A stretch of DNA of 64,000 bases from contig NIVC01000744.1 of NCBI GenBank assembly GCA_002269645.1, positions 62,001 through 126,000 of the forward strand, given 5' to 3'. Source of the stretch: Macrostomum lignano. Taxonomy: Eukaryota. Positions 29,351 to 41,760 of this stretch are shown here, one piece after another; positions within the stretch are counted from its first letter, which is position 1; each line of letters starts with the position of its first letter. Below the pieces are notes generated by a model. It was not told the DNA's origin, ran no database searches, and worked only from the letters and a program-made list of their open reading frames with translations. Position numbers and translations under genes: made by a program.

Positions 29351-31906
29351 TGTGAGTGCAACTGTGTGTGCAACTGTGTGCAACTGTGTGCAACTGTGTG
29401 CAACTGTGTGTGCAACTGTGTGTGCAACTGTGTGCAACTGTGTGTGCAACTGTGTGTGCAACTGTGTGTGCAACTGTGTGTGTGCAACTGTGTGTGCAAC
29501 TGTGTGTGCAACTGTGTGCAACTGTGTGTGCAACTGTGTGCAGCTGTGTGTGCAACTGTGTGCAACTGTGTGTGCAACTGTGTGTGCAACTGTGTGTGCA
29601 ACTGTGTGTGCAACTGTGTGTGTGCAACTGTGTGTGCAACTGTGTGCAACTGTGTGTGCAGCTATGTGCAACTGTGTGTGCAGCTATGTGCAACTGTGTG
29701 TGCAGCTATGTGCAACTGTGTGTGCAGCTATGTGCAACTGTGTGCAACTGTGTGTGCAACTGTGTGTGCAACTGTGTGTGTGCAACTGTGTGTGCAACTG
29801 TGTGCAACTGTGTGTGCAGCTATGTGCAACTGTGTGTGCAGCTATGTGCAACTGTGTGTGCAGCTATGTGCAACTGTGTGTGCAGCTATGTGCAACTGTG
29901 TGCAACTGTGTGTGCAACTGTGTGTGCAGCTATGTGCAACTGTGTGTGCAACTGTGTGTGCAACTGTGTGTGCAGCTATGTGCAACTGTGTGTGCAACTG
30001 TGTGCAACTGTGTGTGCAGCTATGTGCAACTGTGTATGCAGCTATGTGCAACTGTGTGTGCAGCTATGTGCAACTGTGTGTGCAGCTATGTGCAACTGTG
30101 TGTGCAGCTATGTGCAACTGTGTGTGCAGCTATGTGCAACTGTGTGTGCAGCTGTGTGCAACTGTGTGTGCAGCTGTGTGCAACTGTGTGTGCAGCTATG
30201 TGCAACTGTGTGTGCAGCTATGTGCAACTGTGTGTGCAGCTATGTGCAACTGTGTGTGCAGCTATGTGCAACTGTGTGTGCAGCTGTGTGCAACTGTGTG
30301 TGCAGCTATGTGCAACTGTGTGTGCAGCTATGTGCAACTGTGTGTGCAGCTGTGTGCAACTGTGTGTGCAGCTGTGTGCAACTGTGTGTGCAACTGTGTG
30401 CAACTGTGTGTGCAGCTATGTGCAACTGTGTGTGCAGCTATGTGCAACTGTGTGTGCAGCTATGTGCAACTGTGTGTGCAGCTATGTGCAACTGTGTGTG
30501 CAGCTATGTGCAACTGTGTGTGCAGCTGTGTGCAACTGTGTGTGCAGCTATGTGCAACTGTGTGTGCAGCTATGTGCAACTGTGTGTGTAGCTATGTGCA
30601 ACTGTGTGTGCAGCTGTGTGCAACTGTGTGTGCAGCTATGTGCAACTGTGTGTGCAGCTGTGTGCAACTGTGTGTGCAGCTATGTGCAACTGTGTGTGCA
30701 GCTGTGTGCAACTGTGTGTGCAGCTATGTGCAACTGTGTGTGCAGCTATGTGCAACTGTGTGTGCAGCTGTGTGCAACTGTGTGTGCAGCTGTGTGCAAC
30801 TGTGTGTGCAACTGTGTGCAACTGTGTGTGCAGCTATGTGCAACTGTGTGTGCAGCTATGTGCAACTGTGTGTGCAGCTGTGTGCAACTGTGTGTGCAGC
30901 TGTGTGCAACTGTGTGTGCAACTGTGTGCAACTGTGTGTGCAGCTATGTGCAACTGTGTGTGCAGCTATGTGCAACTGTGTGTGCAGCTGTGTGCAACTG
31001 TGTGTGCAGCTATGTGCAACTGTGTGTGCAGCTATGTGCAACTGTGTGTGCAGCTATGTGCAACTGTGTGTGCAGCTATGTGCAACTGTGTGTGCAGCTA
31101 TGTGCAACTGTGTGTGCAGCTGTGTGCAACTGTGTGTGCAGCTATGTGCAACTGTGTGTGCAGCTATGTGCAACTGTGTGTGCAGCTGTGTGCAACTGTG
31201 TGTGCAGCTATGTGCAACTGTGTGTGCAGCTGTGTGCAACTGTGTGTGCAGCTATGTGCAACTGTGTGTGCAGCTGTGTGCAACTGTGTGTGCAGCTGTG
31301 TGCAACTGTGTGTGCAGCTATGTGCAACTGTGTGTGCAGCTGTGTGCAACTGTGTGTGCAGCTATGTGCAACTGTGTGTGCAGCTATGTGCAACTGTGTG
31401 TGCAGCTGTGTGCAACTGTGTGTGCAACTGTGTGCAACTGTGTGTGCAGCTATGTGCAACTGTGTGTGCAGCTATGTGCAACTGTGTGTGCAGCTGTGTG
31501 CAACTGTGTGTGCAACTGTGTGTGCAACTGTGTGTGCAGCTGTGTGCAACTGTGTGTGCAGCTGTGTGCAACTGTGTGTGCAGCTATGTGCAACTGTGTG
31601 TGCAGCTATGTGCAACTGTGTGTGCAGCTGTGTGCAACTGTGTGTGCAGCTATGTGCAACTGTGTGTGCAGCTATGTGTGCAACTGTGTGTGCAGCTATG
31701 TGCAACTGTGTGTGCAACTGTGTGTGCAACTGTGTGTGCAGCTGTGTGCAACTGTGTGTGCAGCTGTGTGCAACTGTGTGTGCAGCTATGTGCAACTGTG
31801 TGTGCAGCTATGTGCAACTGTGTGTGCAGCTATGTGCAACTGTGTGTGCAGCTGTGTGCAACTGTGTGTGCAACTGTGTGTGCAGCTGTGTACAACTGTG
31901 TGCAAA
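29351..31906. repeat. ~2.55-kb TG-rich tandem repeat (10/12-mers building a 22-bp unit)
   Basis: TGTGTGCAAC / TGTGTGTGCAAC at the left, TGTGTGTGCAGCTATGTGCAAC through most of the array. Confidence 0.97.
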
Positions 31907-32688
31907 TGTGGGCAAATGCGTGCTGTCGTGTATCTCTGTAGAACTTTGTGCTGGTGGTTAATTATAATTAACCTAAGATGTCAGGATGGGAAATTTTGGA
32001 AGATTATGGGACAGAGAAGTTGCAGAATCGCTGAAAGCGCGGGGATCCGAATCCCGACAAAGGACAATACGGTTACCTCTAGTCTAGAGAAAATTCTAGA
32101 AAAAGCTGGACTCTGCCTCTTCTCTGAAGCATGTGCACGGTGGGTTTAACCTTAAAAGTTTATTGCAAACCAGCAGCGCATTCGGCACCAACGTGCCACG
32201 CGAGAACGAGCGACAGCAAACATTACCGACCGAAACAAGTTGAAGAGACCCGCGCTGATGGGGCAAAGAAGTGCAGCGGCCCATTCAGCTAAAATAGGAA
32301 AGGAGAGAGAGACATAAAATGGAGAGAAGGCTGAAAGAAATCGCAATGAAAAATATCTCAAAAGTGCTGGCGCAATGAATGAAATAAAAGCTGCCGAACA
32401 GAAAAGAGAGGCGAAGGGTTGAGCCTTTCTTTCAAAGCTCGTTCAGGCAAACAATAGACTCCGAGGGGCAAGCGATGGGGGCCGCAGAGCTGCAGAGTTG
32501 GGCGCTGCCGCCCAGCTTGAGGGCGCACTGCGGTTTTCTGCTGTGCAGCTGCGGCCCCCGCTCTGCCAACCTGCACGCCCCCCCCCCCTGGCCCTCCACT
32601 CCCGCCTCCGCAGAACATAAATAAGGCGCGGGCAGGCCGCCGCCCCACGCCCTGACCCGAGCCCACAGCCCGCCGCAGACAGGTCTCA

Positions 32689-33469
32689 ATGGGCAACGAG
32701 CAGAGCAGCTACTCAGGATACGGCGGCGGCGTGCGCGCCCCTCCGCGACCCATCCTGCGCCACTCAGCGTCTGCCGACTCCGGGGTCCCCAGCCGGCACC
32801 GCGGCGGCGAGCAGCAACAGCAGCGGCGCAGCGTCGGCTTTCGCGACGCCACCGAAGACGCCATACGCGGCGGCTATGGCGGCGGCAGAGGCAGCGGTGC
32901 GGATGACGTCAGTGGCGGAGCAGCTGCGACAGGAGCCGCTCCAAGTCGACGTCGCAAGGACCGCGCCGCCCCGCCGCCTCCGCAGACTCAGCAGCAGCCG
33001 CGGCTGCCGAAAATGGACGAGCATACGCAGGAGGCGATCCGGACGCGGGCGCGAGATATCGCCAGCAGCCGGCCGAGCTCCGATATCGACCAGCGGCTGT
33101 TGATGGACCCGAGGCGCCGCTTTGACATGACCAGCTTCAAGGTGGAGCTGGCGGAGGCCGCCGCCCGGGTCCGGGAGCGACAGCTCGCGCAGGGCAAGGG
33201 TGGCGACGCGGAGCCGGAGAGGCCGCGTCCCGTGCGCGCTCGGCCCGTCACCGCCGGCGAGTTTTCGACTGAGCCCTCGCCGAAATTCTTCGACCCAAGC
33301 AAAGAGGACCTGCCCTCGCCGACCGATGCTCCGTCAGCTCCAGCATCGCCAGCTCCGCCGCCCCCTCCGCCACCGCCACCTCCACCTCCGCCACCACCGC
33401 CTCAACCACAGTCGCAGACGCAGAAGGCGCCGCCGAAGCAGCCGCCTCCGCTTCTAAAAGAGACTCTAA

Positions 33470-33521
<52 letters not shown>

Positions 33522-33525
33522 GCAA

Positions 33526-33557
<32 letters not shown>

Positions 33558-33840
33558 ACAGCAACAACAACAACCACAACGGCAGCAGCAGCAACAGCAC
33601 CAGCAGCCGGTGCCGCCACCCCAGACGCGCCCCAAGCCGACGTCGACCGCCTTGAAGGAGGAGCTGAAGCAGGAGATTTTGCGCGAGCTGCTACAGACGG
33701 TCTCCAATGATGCTGCAGCAACCGCAAACGCCGAAGCCGCGACAAAGCCAAACTCGTCAGAAAGCCAGCGATTGAGCCAAGAGGATCGGCTGCGCCTCAT
33801 TGAGGAGATTCGACGCGAGGTGTTGCTTGAAGCTCAGCTT

Positions 33841-33875
<35 letters not shown>

Positions 33876-35198
33876 GTCGCAGCAGCAGTTTTTCAAAGCG
33901 TCCGAGGCCGCTGAGGCCGCTGCTGCTGCTGCCGCTGCCGCCGCGGCCCGGCGTCAGTTCGATGAGCAATCAGCGGCAGCCGCCGCAGCCTACCGCTTCG
34001 GCTACCAGCAGCAGCCTTTCCGCGCTCCGCCAATGCTGGGGATGCCGAGGGCGGCCTCCGACTACGACGTCTACTATGCGGGGCAGCAGCCGCTCTACCC
34101 GCCCCAGGTGCCGCCTCCGCCCTACCACGCTGGTGCGGGCGGCTACATTCACTACCCAGGCGCGCAGCCGCCTCATCCGCCACCGCAGCCGGTCTTCTCT
34201 CAGCCTCCGCCTGTGGCTATGATGCAGCGCTATGGATTCACATCGCCCCCGCGGATGTATCAGGTAAGAATTTGAGTTGCATTGAAATTCGAGTTAGGGC
34301 AATATCTAGTCACAATATTTAACCATCTGCACCTTCGCAGTCGCAGTGGGAGCCAATCTATGCCTACGAGGACGATCCGCATGTGCGAAGTGGAGAAGAA
34401 GCCGAAGCGGAGCGGCTTCAGCAGGCCGGTTTCGATAGCCGGTTCCAGCAGCAGCAGCAGCAACAGCAGCGCCGACAGCCTCAGTACCGCCAGCAGCAGC
34501 AGAGGAGCAGCGGCGGCGGCGGCGGCGGTGGCGGTGGATCCAAACGGCGCTTCATTGCCGACAGCTGGAAGCGGATGACCGGCAGTCTCAGCCGCGCCTT
34601 CAGCAGCGGAGGCGGCCGCGACGGCGGCGACGGAGTTCATCGACGCTCTTCAGTGCGCGAGTCGACCTTCCAGCAGCCGGGCGAGCCATCTGACGAGGCC
34701 TTCGACTTTAGGGGCCGCACGGGCAGCCTGTACGATTTGTCAGGCGCGGAGATGCCGCGGGACGGTGGCCGCGCTAGCCCCGCTCCGGGGCGCGCCAAAG
34801 CAAGCCGATGGCGGCGCGGCAGCCGTGGCGGCGGCGACGTCAGCGGAGACGAGGAGGCGGACATCTGGCGGCACGTGGCTCGGGCCAGCCACGATGGCCT
34901 GCACACGCGGAACCCGGCCTTCTTCAGCGACCCGAATGACGATGCTGACGACGCCGAGTACGCGGAGGATGCCGAGGTGATCAGCGGTCGGCGAAGGCGC
35001 TTCGTGACGACAACGGAGACAACGGCGGAGGAGTCGGTGGCGGAGGAGCGGCGCACGGTTGTAAAGCTGCAGCAGCGGACGCGGCGAATGCAGGCGGCAG
35101 CTGCAGAGGCCGCGGGCTCCGCATCAGCCGGAGGCTACCGAATCCCTCGGGCCGCGGCCGGCCTGGGCCCGGCGTTCCGAGAGCAGACGCGACTTTGA
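32689..35198 (+). CDS. Low-complexity Pro/Gln/Ala-rich protein (~810 aa; exons 32689-34263, 34341-35198)
   Basis: 1.57-kb GC-rich ORF starting MGNEQS; CAG|GTAAGA donor; TTCGCAG acceptor in frame with ORF 34383-35198; polyP, ~40-residue polyQ, polyA; C-terminus EQTRL. Confidence 0.8.
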
Positions 35199-35799
35199 AT
35201 TCGCGCCAACTGGCTCGGATCGTGAATTTTCCGGAACGATTCAAGCGTGGCATGAAATTTGCCTTAATTTTAGCATTAGATTGCGTAGACTGAATTTCGC
35301 ACTTGACCAGAGGAGTATATTTTGTAATGCTTATAGTGCCTCATGTACTGTACAGTTGGTTCCTCATTTTAATTTGCTATGAGAGACTCAAGACTTCGGA
35401 AACTATCATACATGTAGTTCAGACTGTCTAAGGGATTCTGATTGGTCAGCAGCCCTAACAGCTCATCCATCTAATAGTTCTGCTTGACAAGCGCGGTTGA
35501 CGTGTCACAAAAGCCCTCCAATTCAGCTCAGCTTGTTAATCCAAAGCTGATTTGTACGCATAGATGAAATATATTCAGTAGATAAAAATCAGCGAAAGTA
35601 TTCAGTCTTGTCAGTCCTGAGAATTTCAGACTCCGGTGCACCCCTTCAGCAGCTACAGTGCTGCGGACAGGCAGACAGCGGGCATCGATGCTGAATTGCC
35701 GAATGCGGCAGTGCAGGCAGTACTCGACAACACAGAGCATTCAGCAAGGGCAAGCTGCTTTCGGATCTTCACGGGGAAATCGGGTAAAATGGTCAACTC

Positions 35800-36800
35800 T
35801 GTTTCGAAAGACTTCAATCTACGACCCCATACTACCAAGTCTCGTACTACGTCTCACCGAGACCCTAAAAAGACCTCACCAAGACCCGACCCTACCAAGT
35901 TCTTACAGTTTAAAGCCAGGGGTTGGCGAACTCCGCCCCGCAGGCCTCTCTATCCGGCCCTTGTCGCTTCTCAGCTCTAATTTCTCCCCTCTTCTCTCTT
36001 TTCTCCCTTCTCCCCTCTCCTCTCATCTCCCCCTCTCCTCTAATATTTCTTCTCCTCTCCTCTCCTCTCCTCTCCTTTCCTTTCTTCTCTCCTCTCCTTT
36101 CCTTTCTTCTCTCCTCTCCTTTCTCCTCTTATCTTTTCTGTCATCGCATCTCTTATCTCGCCTTTAACCTATTCTCTCTTCTCTCATCTCTTATCTCGAT
36201 CTCCTCTTCCTCTTCTCTCTCCTCTATACCCTCTTACTCTTTCATCTAGCCCGCAGAAATGGTCTAGACTCTTTCTGGCCCTTTAGGTAAAAAGTTTTCC
36301 GATCCCTGACTTAAAGGTACAGGCACTAAACACACACATATGTACAGCGGGGGTTGTAGCTTTGGGATCAGAGCGTCAGACTCACGGCTGAAAGGTCAGG
36401 GGTTCGATTCTCAACCCACTCGGAACAATTTGTGTCTTTGACCTCACTTCCTGACTGAAGTTCTCAAACGGAAACTGATTTGAGAACTTCCCTTTGTAAG
36501 CCGAACATCCGCCTGTCGCACACCATCAAGGCGTAGTAAAATCCCAAGTCCTTCGGTACCCTCAAATCCGTAATGACTAAAAGTCTTTCAACGATGCTTT
36601 CAAAGCTTTAAAAGCAGAACTCAACCTACTAGGCTACTCGAAGATTTTTCTTTGAAACTGCATAAAAGAGGCACTAAAAGTTATAAACAGGACTACAGGA
36701 CCAACGGCCAGTCTGGGTCTGCTCCATAAAGGGTTCCATCCTTGTGGATCACCCCGCTGCAAATGCTGCACCCACTCACCGCACGCTCTCTCCGCCTAGA
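35800..36800 (+). mobile_element. Decayed Penelope-like element remnant (upstream unit)
   Basis: HKGFHPCGSPRCKCCTH at 36725-36775 resembles the Cys motif preceding GIY-YIG in Neptune-type PLEs; YDPILPSL...DPTL resembles the PLE linker. Recognised from memory of the family. Confidence 0.5.
36348..36421 (+). other. tRNA-like pseudogene / SINE head
   Basis: GGGGGTTGTAGCT... start, B box GGTTCGATTC, partial anticodon stem TCAG/CTGA; cloverleaf imperfect. Confidence 0.5.
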
Positions 36801-36889
36801 ATGTGAGATAGATGTAGATGTACAAGATAGTGTGGTCTAGAACAGGTTAAATATGAGGCAAATTTTCATTTAATTATACGCACACTTTG

Positions 36890-39800
36890 TGTGACATTGT
36901 GGCGATATGCTAGTGTATTTTTATTATTGCAATATTATGCTTTGTGCATTCTTAGTTAGTTAGTATTTGCGTGCGCGCTGATTGGCTAGTGTGTTTCAGT
37001 GCATGTGCACTGCGTCGGGTTGTTTGCGTTTTACGCGTGGCTAGCATGGTGGGGTCTGAGCAGTCAGGCTAACCACCCTCTTTAGTCCTAGGGTTGATGA
37101 ATAAGAATAAACAAGTCATATAAGAGCCCAGTTGTGTGTACTGGCTCTCCACGTTCAACTTTCCTACGCATTCACTACAAGCCTTTAGCTTCAATCTATT
37201 ACAATGGCGACGAGCTCCGCGCTGGGTGGAATTCCAATACTAACTGCCAATACTAACATTGAGGTCTGGCTGGAACGGCTCGACCATTACTTTACCTGCA
37301 AGGAGGTAAAGGAAGAAGCTAAAGTGGCCACACTCGTCACTGCCATCGGTGAGGAGGCATATACCGTGTTGAGAAACCTGTGTCTACCTGCCAAGGTCTC
37401 CGACAAGTCTCTGGCCCAGTTGACCAAGATTCTGGAGGACCACTACGCTCCAAAGCCGTCCGAGTTGGCAGCCAGATTTCGGTTCCAAAGACGCCTGCAG
37501 CAGCCTGGCGAGAGCCTTGCCGAGTTTGTTGCCAGCCTGAAGGCCTTGTCAAGTCACTGCAATTTCAGTGCTTCCCCGTGTGAGCACTGTCACTTCGGCG
37601 GCACTCTAGATGAGCGACTGCGAGACCAGCTGGTTTTCGGCCTGCACAGCGATGCCTACCGAGCGAAGCTGCTGGAGGAGAAAAATCCCACCTTCAACTC
37701 GCTGCAGGAGAGAGTTCTATCCCTCGAGGCAGTGGAGCGGTCATCATCGGAGATGGCGCAGAAGTCAGCAGCACAAGTAGCCCAGCTGCGCGCTCACCAG
37801 CTGAATAAGCGCCAAGGACCCAAGCCAGCGCTCGAAGGTTCGCAGCAGCGCAAGGGCGGTGGCAACAACAGCAGAAGCGGAGTCGGCAGCAGCGGCAACA
37901 CCGGCAACACCGGCAGTGGCACCTGTGCAAGCTGCGGCGGTGCTCACAGTCGCCAGCAGTGTAAGCTGCGAGACGCTAAATGCCACGCGTGCGGAAAGAC
38001 GGGCCATATTCGCAAGGTCTGTCGCTCAGCCAAGCTGCATTTTCTACAAGAAGTGACACCGACACCACCACCGGAAGCCTCCGCGCAGCTGCCGATTTTT
38101 GCCGTGCAGCCGGCTGGTGGCAACGCGGGTCCGACGGTGCAGCTGCAAGTCAATGGCCAGCCATGCCGGTTCGTCATCGATACGGGCTCCGCCGTCACTC
38201 TGATGCCCGAGTTTCTGCAGCTCATGCTTCTACCGCGGCTCTCCATGTCACCGTCCGTTGCTGTCCTACGCACCTTCACCGACGAGCAGTTCCGCCCTCT
38301 CGGCCAAGCGTTGGTCTCCGTTCAGCAAGATGGTCAGCAGCTGCAGTTGCCCCTGCTGATCGTCAAGCACGGCGACACGGCCCTGCTCGGTCGCGACTGG
38401 CTGGCCAAGCTGCGGCTAGACTGGCCGAGCATCATGGCGCAGGTTCACGCCGTCCACGACTCCGAAGACATCGGCAGCATCGTCAAGGAGTTCGCACCAG
38501 TCTTCGAGGACGGCCTAGGCGAGTTCCGGCACGGCCAGGTGCGGCTTCAAGTCTCCGAGGACGCTCAGCCCAGGTTCTTCAAGGCGCGGCCGGTCCCCTA
38601 CGCGCTGCGCGAGCGCGTCGACGCCGAACTGCAGCGCATGGAGTCCAGTGGCATCATAACCGCCGTGAAGCACAGCGACTGGGCTGCGCCGATCGTGCCG
38701 GTCGTCAAGAAGGACGGCAGCGTTCGGATTTGCGGAGACTACAAGCTGACATACAACGCGGCGAGCAAGCCGGAGCACTACCCGCTGCCCCGCATCGAGG
38801 ACCTCTTCGCCAAGCTCGGCGGCGGCTGCAAGTGGACCAAGCTCGATCTGTCCAACGCCTTCTTGCAGCTTCCTCTGGCCGACGACAGCAAGGCGTTTCT
38901 CACTATCAACACGCCCAGAGGCCTCTTCCAGGTCAATCGCCTCCCATTCGGCATAACGAGCGCCAGCGCGATCTTTCAACGCACCCTGGACACCCTGCTG
39001 GGAGACCTGGATGCCGTCCAAGTCTTCGTCGACGACATTCTGGTCACCGGCAGCACCCTGCAACAGCACAAGAGGAACCTGGCGCTGGTCCTGCGGCGCT
39101 TGAAGGACGCCGGCCTGCGGCTCAACAAAGAGAAATGCAAATTCTTCGAAGACTCTGTTGAGTACCTCGGCCATCGGATCGACGCCAGCGGACTCAAGCC
39201 GCTGCCGGACCGGGTCGCCGCCGTCCAGGACGCGCCAGCACCCAAGGACGTCAGCCAGCTGCGCTCGTTTCTGGGCATGCTAGCGCAGTACTGCAAGTTC
39301 CTGCCCAACTTGTCTACCGTCCTGGCGCCGCTCCACCAGCTCTTGGCCAAGAACACCCGCTGGTCATGGGGGCCACCGCAGCAACAGGCATTTGCAGAGG
39401 CCAAGCGGCTGCTGCTCGAGTCACCGGTTCTCGTGCACTACAATCCGAATCTGCCGCTGCGATTAGAGTGCGACGCCTCTCCCTACGGCCTGGGGGTCGT
39501 CTTGACGCACCGCACCTGTTCGAGGAGGAGCCGGCCGTCAACTCGCTGCTGCTCGACGAGGGCTCCGGATCGGCCATCACGGCGCTGGCGGTGGCGCGGC
39601 ACACTAGGACAGACGTCTCACTCGGTCGGGTGCTTCGCTGCTTGCAGACCGGCGCGCCCATCGGCGACGACCTGAGCGACTTCGCCCGGCGGCAGTCGGA
39701 GCTGTCAGTCGACCAAGACTGTGTCCTGTGGGGCGCAAGGGTCGTTGTGCCTACAGCGCTGCGTCGACGCGTGATCCAAGAGCTACATCAGGCGCATCCC

Positions 39801-41222
39801 GGCATCAGCAGAATGCGCGCCCTGGCTCGCAGCTACGTGTGGTGGCCCGGCCTCGACGGCGATCTGGAAGCTGCGGCCAAGTCCTGCCGCACCTGTCAGC
39901 TCAACCAGCCCGACCCGCCCAAGGCGCCGGTGCAACCGTGGCCTCTGCCATCCGAACCGTGGGAGCGCCTGCACATCGACTTTGCCGGTCCGGTCGACGG
40001 TCATACGTACCTGGTGGTAGTCGATGCTCATAGCAAGTGGCCGGAGGTCCAGCGGATGCGCGGTACAACGTCGGCGGCCACCATCGCGGCTCTGCGGGAG
40101 ATGTTCGCGCGCCAAGGCATTCCGCGCACCCTGGTGTCCGACAACGGGCCGCAGTTCGCCTCCGCCGAGTTCGCCGAGTTTACCCGGGCCAACGGCATTC
40201 GTCACGTGTTCTCGGCGCCGTTTCATCCCGCCACCAACGGCCAGGCCGAGAGGTTTGTGCAAGTCCTGAAGCGACATCTGCTCAAGAGCGGCCACTCTGA
40301 CGTCGAGCTTCAGCGACTGCTGCTCAGCTACCGCAACACCCCACACAGCATCAGCGGCGCAGCCCCGAGTCAGCTGCTCATCGGCCGTCGGCTTCGCTGC
40401 CGTCTGGACCTCCTGGCACCGTCGCTGGCTGACGACGTCCAACGGCGGCAAGAGCGGCAGCTGCAGGGACGCAGACCAGCGCGCGAGTTTCAGCCGGGTG
40501 ATCACGTCCTCCTCCGCGACTACAGCGCCGGCGCGAAAGCCGGCGACACGCCACGCTGGGCTGAGGGTGTCGTCACGGGCGCCGGCAGCCGCAACTACAC
40601 GGTTGACTCGGAGCGAGGCCAGCACTTCCGGCACGCTGATCAGCTGGTGGCAGCCCGCGCTGACTCCGCCGACACCGTCCATCCGCCGCCTGCTACGGAT
40701 GACGGCGCCGCCCTGAGTGACAGCGGCGTGCAAAGCGCTGACGCCGCAGCCGTCGCCGACACGGCCTGCGGGCGTCATCCGGCACTGACGACGAGCATGC
40801 GAGCGGCGTGCGACACGAGCCGGGCACTACACGGCGGTACCCACTGAGGGTTCGAGGCCCACCTCAGAGACTTCAGCTGTGAAGGGGAGAACTGACTCAG
40901 GGGGGAAGTGTGACATTGTGGCGATATGCTAGTGTATTTTTATTATTGCAATATTATGCTTTGTGCATTCTTAGTTAGTTAGTATTTGCGTGCGCGCTGA
41001 TTGGCTAGTGTGTTTCAGTGCATGTGCACTGCGTCGGGTTGTTTGCGTTTTACGCGTGGCTAGCATGGTGGGGTCTGAGCAGTCAGGCTAACCACCCTCT
41101 TTAGTCCTAGGGTTGATGAATAAGAATAAACAAGTCATATAAGAGCCCAGTTGTGTGTACTGGCTCTCCACGTTCAACTTTCCTACGCATTCACTACAAG
41201 CCTTTAGCTTCAATCTATTACA
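36890..41222 (+). mobile_element. Ty3/Gypsy (Mag-like) LTR retrotransposon, 4333 bp, RNase H largely deleted
   Basis: 314-bp LTRs TG...CA (36890-37203, 40909-41222) identical by eye; 5-bp TSD CTTTG; PBS TGGCGACGAG (matches the 3' end of tRNA-Ser(GCU)); PPT AGGGGGGAAG. Confidence 0.97.
37204..40847 (+). pseudogene. gag-pol: two Zn knuckles, protease, RT, truncated RNase H, integrase (frame change near 39510)
   Basis: CASCGGAHSRQQC, CHACGKTGHIRKVC; IDTGS; FVDDILV; CDASPYG then an abrupt jump; integrase HQAH...CRTC, HIDFAGP, SDNGPQF, AERFVQ. Confidence 0.93.
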
Positions 41223-41224
41223 CT

Positions 41225-41266
41225 TTGGCCTGACGAAGATGCCAAAGACTTGAAACCGGTCGCCAA
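41225..41266 (+). ncRNA. Minimal type I hammerhead ribozyme motif (Penelope type)
   Basis: Stem I TTGGC/GCCAA; core CTGACGA (41230-41236); GAAA (41252-41255); short palindromic stem III ACCGGT; GTC cleavage triplet; stem II weak. Confidence 0.65.
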
Positions 41267-41294
41267 TTTTAGAACTCAGTACGCCGTGACCTCT

Positions 41295-41298
<4 letters not shown>

Positions 41299-41368
<70 letters not shown>
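41299..41368. repeat. (TC)n microsatellite
   Basis: About 35 perfect TC units. Confidence 0.97.
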
Positions 41369-41376
<8 letters not shown>

Positions 41377-41419
41377 TTCGTACTCTCTTCTTTCGACAGC
41401 AAGACAGCAAGCAGACAGC

Positions 41420-41760
41420 AAGATTCTGGGGACCAGGGTTTCTTCAAGCCCACCGACAGCCGAGTCCTCATCCACCGCAACTCTCTCCATCCTAAGCGGA
41501 CTTTTCGGGACGTGGTGAAGCCCCACCTTCTCAGGTACACCAGGCACCCGGACAACGGGCTGATGTCGCGAATCCGGTGCAGCACCAAGGTCACAGCCAT
41601 CAAGTGTGATGTGGTGACAGAGCTGGACTTCTAACCGACCAGACGATGGGAATTCGGCTTCCTGCCGTGCAACCCGGCCCGGGGCTGCAAGTGCTGCCAG
41701 GCGCACGCAGGTTTCACCTCCGTCAATCCCGGATCAGCTGCGACAACAGTCCATCAGCGA
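41420..41760 (+). mobile_element. Internally deleted Penelope-like element remnant (downstream unit)
   Basis: FFKPTDSRVLIHRNSLHPKRTFRDVVKPHLLRY (PLE RT-thumb KPTD...S.HP motif) and FGFLPCNPARGCKCCQAH...RISCD (Cys motif). Confidence 0.65.

Noticed and set aside
29259-32149. 900-950 aa Cys/Val-rich ORFs (CATVCAAMCN...)
   Set aside because: Open in all plus frames only because the TG repeat lacks stops; no Met start, splice context or codon signal.
32764-35056. Many overlapping antisense and alternate-frame ORFs (also across the Gypsy and LINE regions)
   Set aside because: Expected shadows of GC-rich, low-complexity coding sequence.
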